In this document: in pieces, positions 21,234-31,462 of the stretch
How the letters are laid out: every line of letters starts with the position of its first letter
Numbering within the stretch: the first letter of the stretch is position 1
Assembly (NCBI GenBank): GCA_963839305.1
Contig: CAWIUL010000011.1
Coordinates: 2,569,561-2,633,560, forward strand
Reading direction: 5' to 3'
Length of the DNA stretch: 64,000 nucleotides
DNA from: an uncultured delta proteobacterium
Lineage (GTDB): Bacteria; Myxococcota_A; Polyangia; Polyangiales; Polyangiaceae
Program-made: the position numbers and the translations under genes
The notes under the pieces: model-generated
What the model was told of the DNA's origin: nothing
Seen by the model: the letters and a program-made list of their open reading frames with translations, nothing else
Database searches by the model: none

Positions 21234-21764
21234 CTATTGGCGACGGGGCCTGTCGGTCGTCGCGCGGCGCGGGGTCGGGAGATCCGAGGGCATGCGCGCG
21301 GCGGGGAGATCCGGGTTCGACGGTGCGCGCGAGCCGACGCGGTCGAGCGCGCGCACGAGCTCGGCGGCCATGCTGCGCACGTACGCGAGCGTCACCGGCC
21401 CGTCGGTGCGGCGCGACATGTTCGGGTGCTTGAGCTGCGCCTCGAGCGACGCGCGCTCGGTGTCGGCGTCGTCGAGCAGACGCGCGAGCTCCGACACGCG
21501 AGCCTCGAGCACGATGCGCTCCTCGTTCACGCGCGCGAGCGTCTGCTCCAGGTGTTGCGCGTGGACCTCGGCCTGCGTCGCCCGCGCGAGCAACCGCCCG
21601 AGGAGCTCGTCCACGTCGGCCGCAGGCGCACCTTCTACGGCGCCGAGCGTTTCAGGACGTTTCGATTCCGGACCTCGCGCGCGAGCGCTCGGTGGCATGG
21701 AGTCCGCGCGCGGATCGCGCTTCGTGCGTCCGAGTCGCTGCGTGGGCCGACGTTGTTCACTCAT
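21234..21764 (-). CDS. Hypothetical coiled-coil protein
   Basis: Start MSEQRRPTQ... chosen to avoid the plus-strand gene at 21805. Central heptad-like segment ELLGRLLARATQAEVHAQHLEQTLARVNEERIVLEARVSELARLLDDADTERASLEAQL. The opposite-strand ORFs here are Arg-rich junk. Confidence 0.4.
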   Translation of the reverse strand: MSEQRRPTQRLGRTKRDPRADSMPPSARARGPESKRPETLGAVEGAPAADVDELLGRLLARATQAEVHAQHLEQTLARVNEERIVLEARVSELARLLDDADTERASLEAQLKHPNMSRRTDGPVTLAYVRSMAAELVRALDRVGSRAPSNPDLPAARMPSDLPTPRRATTDRPRRQ

Positions 21765-21804
21765 GGGAGCGGGGCCATGATAGTGGAGCTGGGTCGGAGG
21801 TCCT

Positions 21805-24312
21805 ATGAGGTTTCTGCGCGGAGTCGCCTTTTCTGGGCTCGTCGCTTGTTCGTCGACGCCGGCAAAACCCGACGGCGGCGCGGACGCGAGCGCGGACGCA
21901 ACTTCGGCCGAAACGGACGCCGCCGCGCCGGGAGATCCGACGCTCGCCGCCAACGCGCCCTTCGCGGTGACGGAGTGCAATCAGCCGCCCATCACCCCTC
22001 CGAGCTCTGGGACATGCACGGTCACTGACGGCACGTCCGGCAAGCTCCTCAAGGGGACGGTGCTCGCGCCGAACGAGGTTCTCCATCGCGGCGAGGTCCT
22101 CATCGACGACGCCGGCACGATCGTGTGCGCGGCATGCGACTGCTCGAGCTCTCCGCTCTACGCGACGGCGACCGTCGTCGCGTGCGCCGACGGCGTGATC
22201 TCGCCGGGCCTCGTGAACGCGCACGACCACATCACGTTCGCGAACAACCCGCCCGTGAGCCACGGAACCGAGCGCTACAATCATCGCCACGAGTGGCGCA
22301 AGGGCCTCGACGGGCACACCGCGCTCAGGGTGAGAGGCGGCGCGTCGGCCGCGGCGCAATCGTTCGCCGAGCTGCGCTTCGTGATGGGCGGCGCCACGTC
22401 GACGGTGTCTTCCGGCGGAAAACCCGGCCTCGCGCGAAACCTCGACAGCGCCTCGCTCCTCGAGGGCTTGCCCATCAAGAACGCCGACTTCGACACGTTC
22501 CCGCTCGACGACTCCGCGGGCACGATGCTCGACTCCGGCTGCGCGTACGGCTCGAACCGCACGACGCACACGCAGGTCACCGGCGATACGGCATATCTCC
22601 CGCACATCGCCGAGGGCGTCAACGCGGCGGCGCACAACGAGTACGTCTGCACGAACGACGCGCAGTCGACGTACGACCTCATGGAGCCGCCGACGGCGAT
22701 CATCCACGGCATCGCCGCGCTGCCGACGGACGTCTCGCCGCTCCGCCCCGATCAGACGCGCCTCGTGTGGTCGCCGCGATCGAACGTCGATCTCTACGGC
22801 AACACGGCGCCGGTCACGATGTTCGACGCGCTCGGCGTGCCCATCGCGCTCGGCACGGACTGGGTCCCTTCGGGGAGCATGAACTTGCTCCGCGAGCTCA
22901 AGTGCGCCGACTCGCTCAACACGAAATATTTCGCCAGGCATTTCTCCGACGGCGATCTCTGGCGCATGGCGACCTACAACGCGGCGTGGGCTGCGGGCGC
23001 GAGCGACCTCATCGGCGCGCTCAAGCCGGGCTACGTCGCGGACATCGCGATCTTCGACGGCTCGGTGAGCAAGGATCACCGCGCGGTGATCGACGCTGGC
23101 GTCGAGGACGTCGTGCTCGTCCTCCGCGGCGGCAAGGTGCTCTACGGCGACGACGCGCTCGTCGCCGACGCGCAAATCGGCGGCGCCGCGTGCGAGCAGC
23201 TCGACGTCTGCACGCGGAGCAAGCGCGCGTGCGTCGCGCAAGACCTCGGAGGCACGAACACGCTCGCGACGATCCGCGCCGCAGGCGAGAAGTACTACCC
23301 GCTCTTCTTCTGCAAGGACGCGGTGCCCTCGGGCGAGCCGAGCTGCACGCCGTACCGCGCCGAGTACGCGAGCGGCATCACAGCGACCGACGAAGACGGC
23401 GACGGCGTCGACGACGCGAGCGACAACTGCCCCTCGATCTTCAACCCCGCGCGCCCGATGGATAACGGCAATCAAGCCGACACCGACGGCGACGGCGTGG
23501 GCGACGCGTGCGATCGCTGCCCGAACGATCCGCTCAACACCTGCACGAAGCCCGCGGCCGACGACCTCGACGGCGACGGAGTCGCGAGCGCGATCGACGT
23601 CTGCCCGCGCGCGCCCGATCCGACGCAGGCCGACAGCGACAAAGACGGACGCGGCGACGCGTGCGACACGTGCCCCGGCGTCTCGAACCCCGGCGCCGCC
23701 GCGTGCGTCGTGTCGATCGAGTCGCTCCGAGATCCGAGCGCGCCGAACCACCCACGATATGGGGCGATCGTGCAGCTGCCGGCGGCCTACGTCACCGCGA
23801 CGAGCGCGACCGGCTTCGCGATGCAGGACATCTCGCTCGCGCCGTTCAGCGGAGTCTGGGTCGCAGGCGCGAGCACCGCGAAGCGCGGCAACCAAGTCGC
23901 CGTCACGGGCGTCTACGCGAACGCGAGCGGCCTCGCCGAGCTCGTCCCGACGAGCCTGACGATCACCGACGTCGGCACGACGCTGCCGTTCTCGGCGATC
24001 GCCGTCGACCCGAGCGCGCTCCAGACGGGCGGCGCCGGCGCAGATGCCTACCAGAGCATGCTCGTCGTCATCTCGAACGTGACGATCTCGAACGACTCGC
24101 CCGACGGCACCAGCAAGTTCTACGAATTCGTCGTCGACAGCGCGTGCCGCGTGGACGACACGCTCTTCCTCCGCTACGGCGCGCCCACGACGCCATATCC
24201 GCCGACCGGCTTCACGAACGGCACCACGTTCCAGGCCATCTTTGGCGTGCTGGGGTACTCGTTTTCGAACGCGAAGCTCTGGCCGCGCGACGCCGCCGAC
24301 ATCGTCCGATAG
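21805..24312 (+). CDS. Lipoprotein amidohydrolase with thrombospondin type-3 (Ca-binding) repeats and C-terminal beta-rich domain
   Basis: Lipobox LVAC, then the metal-binding HxH (VNAHDHI) of the amidohydrolase fold and a later HGIA. Four TSP3-like repeats (DEDGDGVDDASDNCP, DTDGDGVGDACDRCP, DLDGDGVASAIDVCP, DSDKDGRGDACDTCP). Confidence 0.8.
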   Translation: MRFLRGVAFSGLVACSSTPAKPDGGADASADATSAETDAAAPGDPTLAANAPFAVTECNQPPITPPSSGTCTVTDGTSGKLLKGTVLAPNEVLHRGEVLIDDAGTIVCAACDCSSSPLYATATVVACADGVISPGLVNAHDHITFANNPPVSHGTERYNHRHEWRKGLDGHTALRVRGGASAAAQSFAELRFVMGGATSTVSSGGKPGLARNLDSASLLEGLPIKNADFDTFPLDDSAGTMLDSGCAYGSNRTTHTQVTGDTAYLPHIAEGVNAAAHNEYVCTNDAQSTYDLMEPPTAIIHGIAALPTDVSPLRPDQTRLVWSPRSNVDLYGNTAPVTMFDALGVPIALGTDWVPSGSMNLLRELKCADSLNTKYFARHFSDGDLWRMATYNAAWAAGASDLIGALKPGYVADIAIFDGSVSKDHRAVIDAGVEDVVLVLRGGKVLYGDDALVADAQIGGAACEQLDVCTRSKRACVAQDLGGTNTLATIRAAGEKYYPLFFCKDAVPSGEPSCTPYRAEYASGITATDEDGDGVDDASDNCPSIFNPARPMDNGNQADTDGDGVGDACDRCPNDPLNTCTKPAADDLDGDGVASAIDVCPRAPDPTQADSDKDGRGDACDTCPGVSNPGAAACVVSIESLRDPSAPNHPRYGAIVQLPAAYVTATSATGFAMQDISLAPFSGVWVAGASTAKRGNQVAVTGVYANASGLAELVPTSLTITDVGTTLPFSAIAVDPSALQTGGAGADAYQSMLVVISNVTISNDSPDGTSKFYEFVVDSACRVDDTLFLRYGAPTTPYPPTGFTNGTTFQAIFGVLGYSFSNAKLWPRDAADIVR

Positions 24313-24321
24313 ATTTGCAGG

Positions 24322-25197
24322 ATGACGGCCAAGACCGCCCTCTTCGTCGCGCTCGGCGTCGCGGGCCTCGTCTTCGTCGCGACGTGGATCTTCGCGCTCT
24401 TGGAGCGCAAGGAGCGCCGCCTACCGTCCGGCTACGAAATCCTCGTCGGCGCGGTCACGAATTTTTTCGACACGCTCGGCATCGGCTCGTTCGCGACGAC
24501 GACGACGATGTATCGCGCGCGAAAGACGATCGACGACCGCTTCTTGCCCGGCACGCTCAACGTCGGCCACACGATCCCCACGTTCGTCGAGGCGTACATC
24601 TTCATCGACAAGATCTCCGTCGACCCGAAGACGCTCGTCGCGATGATCGGCGCCGCGACGGCCGGCGCAGTGCTCGGCGCGCCCGTCGTCGCGCGCTTCT
24701 CGCGCAGGCGCGTCCAGCTCGGAATGGGCCTCGCGCTCCTCGTCGTCTGCGGCATCCTCGCGTGGCGCCAGATCGGCTTTCCCGAAGGCGGCGTGAAGTC
24801 CGGCCTCGAGGGCGGCTCGTTCGTGCTCGCGGTCGTCGCGAACTTCGTCCTCGGCGCGCTCATGACGATCGGCGTCGGCCTCTACGCGCCGTGCCTCGTC
24901 GTCGTGTCGCTCCTCGGCATGAACCCGAAGGCGGGCTTTCCGATCATGATGGGCTCGTGCGCGTTCTTGCAGGCGTTCGGTAGCATCCCGTTCATCCGGC
25001 AGCGGAGCTATGCGCCGGGGGCGGCCATCGGGCTCTCGCTCGGCGGGGTGCCCGCGGTCTTGATCGCGGCGTTCATCGTGAAGGAGCTGCCGCTCTATTG
25101 GGTGAAGTGGCTCGTGGCGGGCGTGGTCGTGTACACGGCGGTGATGTTGTTGAGGGCGGCGCGGAGAGAAAAGGCGGGGCTTGCCTCACGCGCATGA
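24322..25197 (+). CDS. Polytopic membrane protein, possibly TSUP (TauE/SafE-like) family
   Basis: About 8 TM helices with two-fold internal symmetry. Gly-rich helix motifs LGIGSF and GVGLYAP. Confidence 0.5.
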   Translation: MTAKTALFVALGVAGLVFVATWIFALLERKERRLPSGYEILVGAVTNFFDTLGIGSFATTTTMYRARKTIDDRFLPGTLNVGHTIPTFVEAYIFIDKISVDPKTLVAMIGAATAGAVLGAPVVARFSRRRVQLGMGLALLVVCGILAWRQIGFPEGGVKSGLEGGSFVLAVVANFVLGALMTIGVGLYAPCLVVVSLLGMNPKAGFPIMMGSCAFLQAFGSIPFIRQRSYAPGAAIGLSLGGVPAVLIAAFIVKELPLYWVKWLVAGVVVYTAVMLLRAARREKAGLASRA

Positions 25198-25215
25198 CTC
25201 CGCTCGAGCCATGCG

Positions 25216-25794
25216 TCAGCGCGGACACGCTTCTTTGGGGTCGCACGAAAACACGGTGGCGAGCCCCATGCCGACCGTGATGCGCACGACGCCGCTTCCG
25301 ACATTCACTTTCTGGCACGTCGCGCTCCACGTCTTTCGCGACGCGTCCGCCGGCGCGCACGTGCAGAGCTTGTCGTTCGTCGGGCACGCGCCGAGCGTGG
25401 GCCCGCCCGGACGGCTGCAGCGCGGATCCACCGACCAACCACCACTACAAATTTCGTAGCGGCCGGCGTCGAGCGGGAGCTCGTATGTACCGCCCGTTGT
25501 CTTGAGGAGGCGAATGGCCGGAGACGTCGCGTCGTCCGCGCGAAAGAGCGCGAGCGAGGCGTTCCTCGGGCGCGGCGGCGTGCCGGGCGTGCAGTACGTC
25601 TCCATGGCGCTCACGGCGATGCCGCGATCGATGCGGACCCAGCTCCACGTGTCATCCTGAGTGTGCTCCGCCTGCTTGGGCGGGGCTGTCCCTTGCGGCC
25701 GCGCGCTGGCGCGCTTGTCCGCGACGAGCAGCGCGGCCATCACGACGACCATGCACGTCGCGACGCCGCCCGCGACGATGAGCACGACGCGCAT
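25216..25794 (-). CDS. Hypothetical membrane-anchored Cys-containing protein
   Basis: Start MRVVLIVAGGVATCMVVVMAALLV (TM anchor), then an about 170-aa extracytoplasmic region with 8 Cys. The upstream part of ORF 25216..26187 is poly-Leu/Arg junk. Confidence 0.5.
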   Translation of the reverse strand: MRVVLIVAGGVATCMVVVMAALLVADKRASARPQGTAPPKQAEHTQDDTWSWVRIDRGIAVSAMETYCTPGTPPRPRNASLALFRADDATSPAIRLLKTTGGTYELPLDAGRYEICSGGWSVDPRCSRPGGPTLGACPTNDKLCTCAPADASRKTWSATCQKVNVGSGVVRITVGMGLATVFSCDPKEACPR

Positions 25795-26053
25795 CGGATC
25801 ACCCGGCGGCGGTGGCGCGGGTTGCGGCTCGCGATACGGACCCACGGCGTGATGATAGCAACGTTTCCCCGATTCACGACGACGACGGCCGGTGTCGAGT
25901 GACTGACAATGTAATGCGTTCCCGAGTTTTTTCGTCACGCGCATCACGCCACGTTCGTGTGGAAGAGATGCGCTGGAAACGCGCAGAACGAGACGGCGCG
26001 AAGTCGCACGCGAGCGGGCACGGCCGTCGCAGTGGGCGAAGCAAGGTTCCCCC

Positions 26054-27292
26054 ATGAAGCTCATACGTTCGTTGCTCATCGTCCTCGTCGCCGCCGCGTT
26101 CGGTCTCGCATGTACGAGCTCGACCGGGCAGGTCAACAACAACAACAACAACAACAACGGCAACGACGCGGGCGTCGACGCGCCCAATCCGACGACACAA
26201 ACGACGACGGAGTTTGCGCTTCGTTCGTCGATGCGACAGCTCTGGGAAGATCACGTCTTCTGGACGCGCATCTACATCATCGACGCGATCGGGAAGCTCC
26301 CGGCCGACGAGACCGCCGCGTCCGCGCAGCGGTTGATGCAGAACCAAGTCGACATCGGCAACGCGATCCGGCCGTTTTACGGCGACGCCGCGGCCGACGA
26401 GCTCACGACGCTGTTGAAGGAGCACATTCAAGGCGCGGTCGACGTGCTCAACGCGGCGATCGCGGGCGACATGGCCGCGTTCAACACGGCGAACACGGCG
26501 TGGTACGCGAACGGCTACGCCATCGCGCAGTTCCTCGCGAACGCGAATCCCAACTGGCCGCTCGCGACGACGACCTTTCACATGAACAAGCACCTCGACC
26601 TCACGCTCGCGGAGGCGCAGGCGCGCCTCAGCGGCGACTTCAACGGTGACGTGAGCGCGTACGACGCGGTCGTCGATCACATCCTCTCGCTCGCCGACGT
26701 GCTCACGAGCGGCATCGTCGCGCAGTTCCCCGCGATGGTCGGGCCTTCGCCGATCTCGCCGAAGTCGGAGGACTTGCACCTCACGATGCGCAAGCTCTGG
26801 GAGGATCACGCGCAGTGGACGCGCATCTACATCGTCGATCAGACGTCGAAGCTCCCCGACACGTCCATCGCAGCCGCGCGCCTCATGCAGAACCAAGTCG
26901 ACATCGGCAACGCGGCCGCGACGTTCTATGGCGCGAGCGCGGGCAATCAGCTCACGGTGCTCCTCCAGGCGCACATCGCGGGCGCGGTCACGCTGCTCGA
27001 GGCGTTCGAGAGCGGCGATCAGAACGCGATCGACTCCGCCAAGACCGCTTGGTACGCGAACGCGGATCAGATCGCGCAGTTCCTCGCCGCGGCGAACCCG
27101 AATTGGCGCCTCGCCGATCTGCAGTTTCACATGAAGCTGCACCTCGATCAGACGATCGCCGAAGCCGCCGCGCGCCTCGCGATGGGTTGGAGTGCCGACG
27201 TGACGGCCTACGATGCCGTCGCGGCGCACATCCTCGTCATGGCCGACATCCTCAGCGACGGCATCGCGAAGCAGTTCCCCGCGGTGCTCTAG
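26054..27292 (+). CDS. Lipoprotein composed of two tandem homologous ~170-aa domains, with poly-Asn tract
   Basis: Lipobox FGLAC. An N8 run is encoded by (AAC)8. Two clearly homologous halves (LWEDHVFWTRIYIIDAIGKLP... and LWEDHAQWTRIYIVDQTSKLP...), each ending ...NPNW.LA...FHMK.HLD.T.AEA.ARL. Confidence 0.75.
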   Translation: MKLIRSLLIVLVAAAFGLACTSSTGQVNNNNNNNNGNDAGVDAPNPTTQTTTEFALRSSMRQLWEDHVFWTRIYIIDAIGKLPADETAASAQRLMQNQVDIGNAIRPFYGDAAADELTTLLKEHIQGAVDVLNAAIAGDMAAFNTANTAWYANGYAIAQFLANANPNWPLATTTFHMNKHLDLTLAEAQARLSGDFNGDVSAYDAVVDHILSLADVLTSGIVAQFPAMVGPSPISPKSEDLHLTMRKLWEDHAQWTRIYIVDQTSKLPDTSIAAARLMQNQVDIGNAAATFYGASAGNQLTVLLQAHIAGAVTLLEAFESGDQNAIDSAKTAWYANADQIAQFLAAANPNWRLADLQFHMKLHLDQTIAEAAARLAMGWSADVTAYDAVAAHILVMADILSDGIAKQFPAVL

Positions 27293-27607
27293 CTCTCTAC
27301 CATCCACGGATGCAGCCGCCTTACGGTTACGGGGCGAACGTCGGGCAGAGCTACGCGCCACCACCGCTGGCGAACGTTCCTTACGCGCGCAAGCTCGGCA
27401 TAGCCCTCGCGGCCGTGGGCATCATCGGGTGCTCGCTCGCGATGCACTGGCTCTTGCACCTCGTCGACGTCGTGACGTGGGACTCGGGACCGCGGTCCTA
27501 ACCGGGTCCGCGGCGGCGCTCGTCGCCGTCATCCTCAAGATTCACCGCGGCCAAGAAGAGATCGCGAAGACGCTAAACAAAACATCGCCGTGATACGGTC
27601 GGCGCCA

Positions 27608-29086
27608 ATGGCGAACCTCTTTCTCCGGAAGCCGTTCGACAAGCTGATCAGCGAAGCCGACTCGCACGGTCTCAAGCGGTCGCTCGGGCCGTTCAGCCTG
27701 ATCGCGCTCGGCATCGGCGCGATCATCGGCGCCGGGCTCTTCGTGCGTACCGCCGCGGCGATCGCCGACTGCGCGGGCCCCTCGGTGACCCTCGGGTTCA
27801 TCCTCGCGGGCGTCGGGTGCGCGTTCGCGGGGCTTTGTTACGCCGAGTTCGCCTCGATGATCCCGATCGCGGGCAGCGCGTACACCTACTCGTACGCGAC
27901 GATGGGCGAGCTGATGGCCTGGATCATCGGCTGGGACCTCGTGCTCGAGTACGCCATCGGCGCGGCCACCGTCGCGATCGCGTGGAGCCAATACCTCAAT
28001 CGTCTACTCAGTTACTTCCACGTGCAGGTGCCCTACGCGTGGTGTCACGCGCCGAGCGAGTTCATGGTCGACGACGCGGGGCACAAGATCCACGGCTACA
28101 TGAACGTGCCGGCGCTCTTCATCTTGCTCATGCTCACGCTCGTGCTCATTCGCGGCGTGCGCGAGTCGGCGCTGCTCAACGGCATCATCGTCATCACCAA
28201 GGTCACCATCGTCATCTTGGTGATCGTGCTCGGCTGGTCGTACATCAACCCGGCGAACCACACGCCTTACATCCCCGAGCCCACGAAGTTCATCGACGCG
28301 AGCGGCGTCTCGCACAACTTCGGCGGCTTCTGGGGCGTCGTGAACGCCGCGGGGATCGTGTTCTTCGCGTTCATCGGCTTCGACGCCGTCTCGACCACGG
28401 CGCAGGAAGCGAAGAACCCGAGGCGCGACATGCCCATCGGCATTCTCGGCTCGCTCGTCGTCTGCACTGTGCTCTACGTGCTCTTCGCGCACGTCCTCTC
28501 GGGCATCGCGAGCGTCGAAGACTTCCGACACCAAGGTCGTGAGGCGTCGGTCGCGTACGCCATCTCGACGTACATGCACGGCTACGAGTGGCTCTCGAAG
28601 CTCGTGACGGTCGCCATCCTGGGCGGCTTCTCGTCGGTCATCCTCGTGATGCTCCTCGGCCAGTCGCGCGTCTTCTTCTCGATGAGCTGCGATGGGCTCG
28701 TCTCGCCGATCTTCTCCGAGCTCCACCCCGTCTTCCGCACGCCGTACAAATCGAACCTCACGTTCTTCGGGCTCACCGCGGTCTTCGCGGCGTTCGTGCC
28801 AGAGGACATCGTCGGCGACATGACGAGCATCGGGACGCTCTTCGCGTTCATCCTCGTGTGCGCGGGCGTCTGGATCATGCGCGTGAAGAACCCGGACGCG
28901 CCGCGGCAGTTCCGCGTTCCTGGCGCGCCGGTCGTCGCCGTCCTCGGCGTCGCCGCCAACGGCCTCATGATCTACGGCCTCGGCTGGACCAACTGGGCGC
29001 GCCTCGGCGCTTGGCTCGTCGTCGGCCTCGCGATCTATTTCACGTACGGCATCAGGCACAGCAAGCTGCGCCAACCAGCGCCCTAA
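27608..29086 (+). CDS. APC-family amino acid permease (cationic amino acid/YfnA-like)
   Basis: MANLFLRKPFDKLISEADSHGLKRSLGPFSLIALGIGAIIGAGLF, the canonical APC N-terminus, and 12-13 TM helices. Confidence 0.85.
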   Translation: MANLFLRKPFDKLISEADSHGLKRSLGPFSLIALGIGAIIGAGLFVRTAAAIADCAGPSVTLGFILAGVGCAFAGLCYAEFASMIPIAGSAYTYSYATMGELMAWIIGWDLVLEYAIGAATVAIAWSQYLNRLLSYFHVQVPYAWCHAPSEFMVDDAGHKIHGYMNVPALFILLMLTLVLIRGVRESALLNGIIVITKVTIVILVIVLGWSYINPANHTPYIPEPTKFIDASGVSHNFGGFWGVVNAAGIVFFAFIGFDAVSTTAQEAKNPRRDMPIGILGSLVVCTVLYVLFAHVLSGIASVEDFRHQGREASVAYAISTYMHGYEWLSKLVTVAILGGFSSVILVMLLGQSRVFFSMSCDGLVSPIFSELHPVFRTPYKSNLTFFGLTAVFAAFVPEDIVGDMTSIGTLFAFILVCAGVWIMRVKNPDAPRQFRVPGAPVVAVLGVAANGLMIYGLGWTNWARLGAWLVVGLAIYFTYGIRHSKLRQPAP

Positions 29087-29107
29087 ACGTGGTATGAGGG
29101 CCCCGCA

Positions 29108-29779
29108 ATGAAGGGGAAAACCGCCCTCTGGCTCATGCTCGTGTTCCTCGCGTCGGGGTTCGCGGCGCTGCTCTATCAAGTCGTCTGGCAGCGCTCGCTG
29201 TTCGCGATCTACGGCATCAACATCGAGTCGGTGACGGTCGTCGTCACGGCGTTCATGTTGGGCCTCGGGTTCGGCAGCTTCGCGGGCGGCGCGATCTCGA
29301 AGAACCCGGAGCGGCCTGCGCTCCTGCTCTTCGCGGTCGTCGAGCTGTCGATCGGCGCGTTCGGTCTCGTGTCGCTCCAGCTCTTTCACTGGGTGGGCGC
29401 GTTCACGCTGAACCTGCCGCCGATCGCGACCGCGCTCGTGACGTTCCTCCTCGTGCTCTTTCCGACGATGCTCATGGGCGGCACGCTCCCGCTGCTCGTC
29501 GCGTACTTCGTTCGCAAGAACGGCAACGTCGGCAAGAGCGTCGGCCAGCTCTACTTCGTGAACACGCTCGGCTCGGCGATCGCGTCGATCACGTCCGTGA
29601 TGGTCATCATGGGCCCGCTCGGCGAGGCGAACACCGTGCGCGCGGCCGCCGCGGTCAACGCGCTGGTCGGCTTCGGCGCGCTCGCGCTCCACATGCGCGA
29701 GCGCCGCGCCCCCGCGGCGGCATCGGCCATATCGGTCCCTGAGGCGCCGTCGTCGTCGCCTGCGATGGAGGCCGAGTGA
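29108..29779 (+). CDS. Membrane protein paralogous to the N-terminal membrane domain of the spermidine-synthase-like fusion protein (lacks catalytic domain)
   Basis: ALLYQVVWQRSLFAIYG... closely parallels ALSYEIVWYRVVSFLTW... of the next gene. About 6 TM helices. Confidence 0.6.
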   Translation: MKGKTALWLMLVFLASGFAALLYQVVWQRSLFAIYGINIESVTVVVTAFMLGLGFGSFAGGAISKNPERPALLLFAVVELSIGAFGLVSLQLFHWVGAFTLNLPPIATALVTFLLVLFPTMLMGGTLPLLVAYFVRKNGNVGKSVGQLYFVNTLGSAIASITSVMVIMGPLGEANTVRAAAAVNALVGFGALALHMRERRAPAAASAISVPEAPSSSPAMEAE

Positions 29780-29861
29780 TGTTCGCTCCTCCCTCGGCGT
29801 TCCGCCTCGGTCGTCACGGTCATCGGGTGCACTTCCTCGCTGCGCTCGGAGGAGCATCCTG

Positions 29862-31457
29862 ATGTTCGGCATCGCGCTCTTCGCCGCCGGCGCCGCCGGG
29901 TTCATCGCGCTCTCGTACGAGATCGTCTGGTATCGCGTCGTGAGCTTCCTCACGTGGAGCGCGCCCGCGTCGTTCGGCGTGCTCCTCGGGTTCTATTTGT
30001 TCGGCCTCGCGCTCGGCTCGATCGGCAGCCGCCGCTTCTGCCGCGACGAGAAGGCCAAGGGCAAGCTCGAGTCGCTGAGGCCGCTCGCCGCGTTCGTCTT
30101 CTTCGCGAACGTCATCGGCTACTTCGTCGTCCCCGCGATCGCGCGCGCGTCGCACGTGGTGTCCACGCAGCCGCTCGGCTCGACCGCGTGGGCCATCGCG
30201 CCGCTCGTCGCCGTCGCGCTCGCCGCGGGCCTCCTCGGCGCGGTGCTCCCGCTCCTCGCACACTTCGCGATCGCGCCCGACGACCGCGCCGGCCAGCGCC
30301 TCTCTTACTTGTATGTTGCAAACATCGTCGGCTCGGCGATGGGCAGCTTGATCACGGGCTTCGTCTTCATGGACAAGCTCACGCTGACCCAAAACTCGAA
30401 CCTGCTCGTCACGATCGGCTTCCTCGTCGCCGCCGCGCTCTACGCCGCGAGCAAGCCCGGCCTGGCGCAGAGCGCCGTCGGGATCGCGGGCGCCGCGGTG
30501 CTCGCGCTCGGCTTCACCAAGCTCACGCCGACCGCGTACGACCGCGTCTACGAGCGCCTCTATTACAAGACCGAGTTCAAGGATCAGACCTTCGCCGAGG
30601 TCGTCGAGACGAAGAGCGGCGTCATCGCGGTCTCGCAGGACGGCACGGTCTTCGGCGGCGGCGCCTACGACGGCCGCCTCAACACGTCGATCGTCCACGA
30701 CCGCAACGGCATCGTCCGCGCGTACGCGATCGGCGCGATGCACCCCGATCCGAAGCAGATCATCATGATCGGCCTCTCGTCGGGCTCGTGGGCGCAGGTG
30801 CTCGCGAACAACCCGAGCGTCGAGCACATGACGGTCATCGAGATCAACCCCGGTTATCTCGACATCATCAAGAAGTACCCGGACGTCGCGTCGATCCTCA
30901 CGAACCCGAAGGTGGACATCCAGATCGACGACGGGCGCCGCTGGCTCCGTCGTCACCCGGAGCGCACCGCCGACCTCCTCGTGATGAACACGACGTATCA
31001 CTGGCGCGCGCACGCGACGAACCTGCTCTCGGGCGAGTTCATGGACATCGCGCGCTCGCACCTGAACAAGGGCGGCATCTTCTTCTTCAACACGACCTCG
31101 TCGGACGACGTGCAGAAGACCGCGATGACCGCGTTTCCGTACGGCCTTCGCATCATCAACTTCGTCGCCGTGAGCGACTCGCCGTTCGACCTCGAGAAGA
31201 ACCGCTGGCGCGACGTCCTCGCGCACTACACGATCAACGGCAAGCCGTGCATCGACACGCAGACCGAGGCCGGCCAAAAGCTCCTCGAGGAGCTCGTCGC
31301 GATGCCCGACACGATGCGCTGGGGCAACAAGCTGCAAGCGTGGGGAATGGAGACGCGAGAGAGCATCCTCGCGCGCACCGAGCAGGCGAAGCTCATCACC
31401 GACGACAACATGGTCCCGGAGTTCCGCCAGCCCCTGCGCTTCCCCGAACCCGACTGA
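29862..31457 (+). CDS. Spermidine/spermine synthase-like protein fused to N-terminal polytopic membrane domain
   Basis: N-terminal membrane domain plus a C-terminal SAM-dependent aminopropyltransferase-like fold (IIMIGLSSGSWAQVL, VIEINPGYLDIIKKY, DLLVMNTT). SD GGAGGA upstream of the ATG. Confidence 0.7.
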   Translation: MFGIALFAAGAAGFIALSYEIVWYRVVSFLTWSAPASFGVLLGFYLFGLALGSIGSRRFCRDEKAKGKLESLRPLAAFVFFANVIGYFVVPAIARASHVVSTQPLGSTAWAIAPLVAVALAAGLLGAVLPLLAHFAIAPDDRAGQRLSYLYVANIVGSAMGSLITGFVFMDKLTLTQNSNLLVTIGFLVAAALYAASKPGLAQSAVGIAGAAVLALGFTKLTPTAYDRVYERLYYKTEFKDQTFAEVVETKSGVIAVSQDGTVFGGGAYDGRLNTSIVHDRNGIVRAYAIGAMHPDPKQIIMIGLSSGSWAQVLANNPSVEHMTVIEINPGYLDIIKKYPDVASILTNPKVDIQIDDGRRWLRRHPERTADLLVMNTTYHWRAHATNLLSGEFMDIARSHLNKGGIFFFNTTSSDDVQKTAMTAFPYGLRIINFVAVSDSPFDLEKNRWRDVLAHYTINGKPCIDTQTEAGQKLLEELVAMPDTMRWGNKLQAWGMETRESILARTEQAKLITDDNMVPEFRQPLRFPEPD

Positions 31458-31462
31458 TCAGG

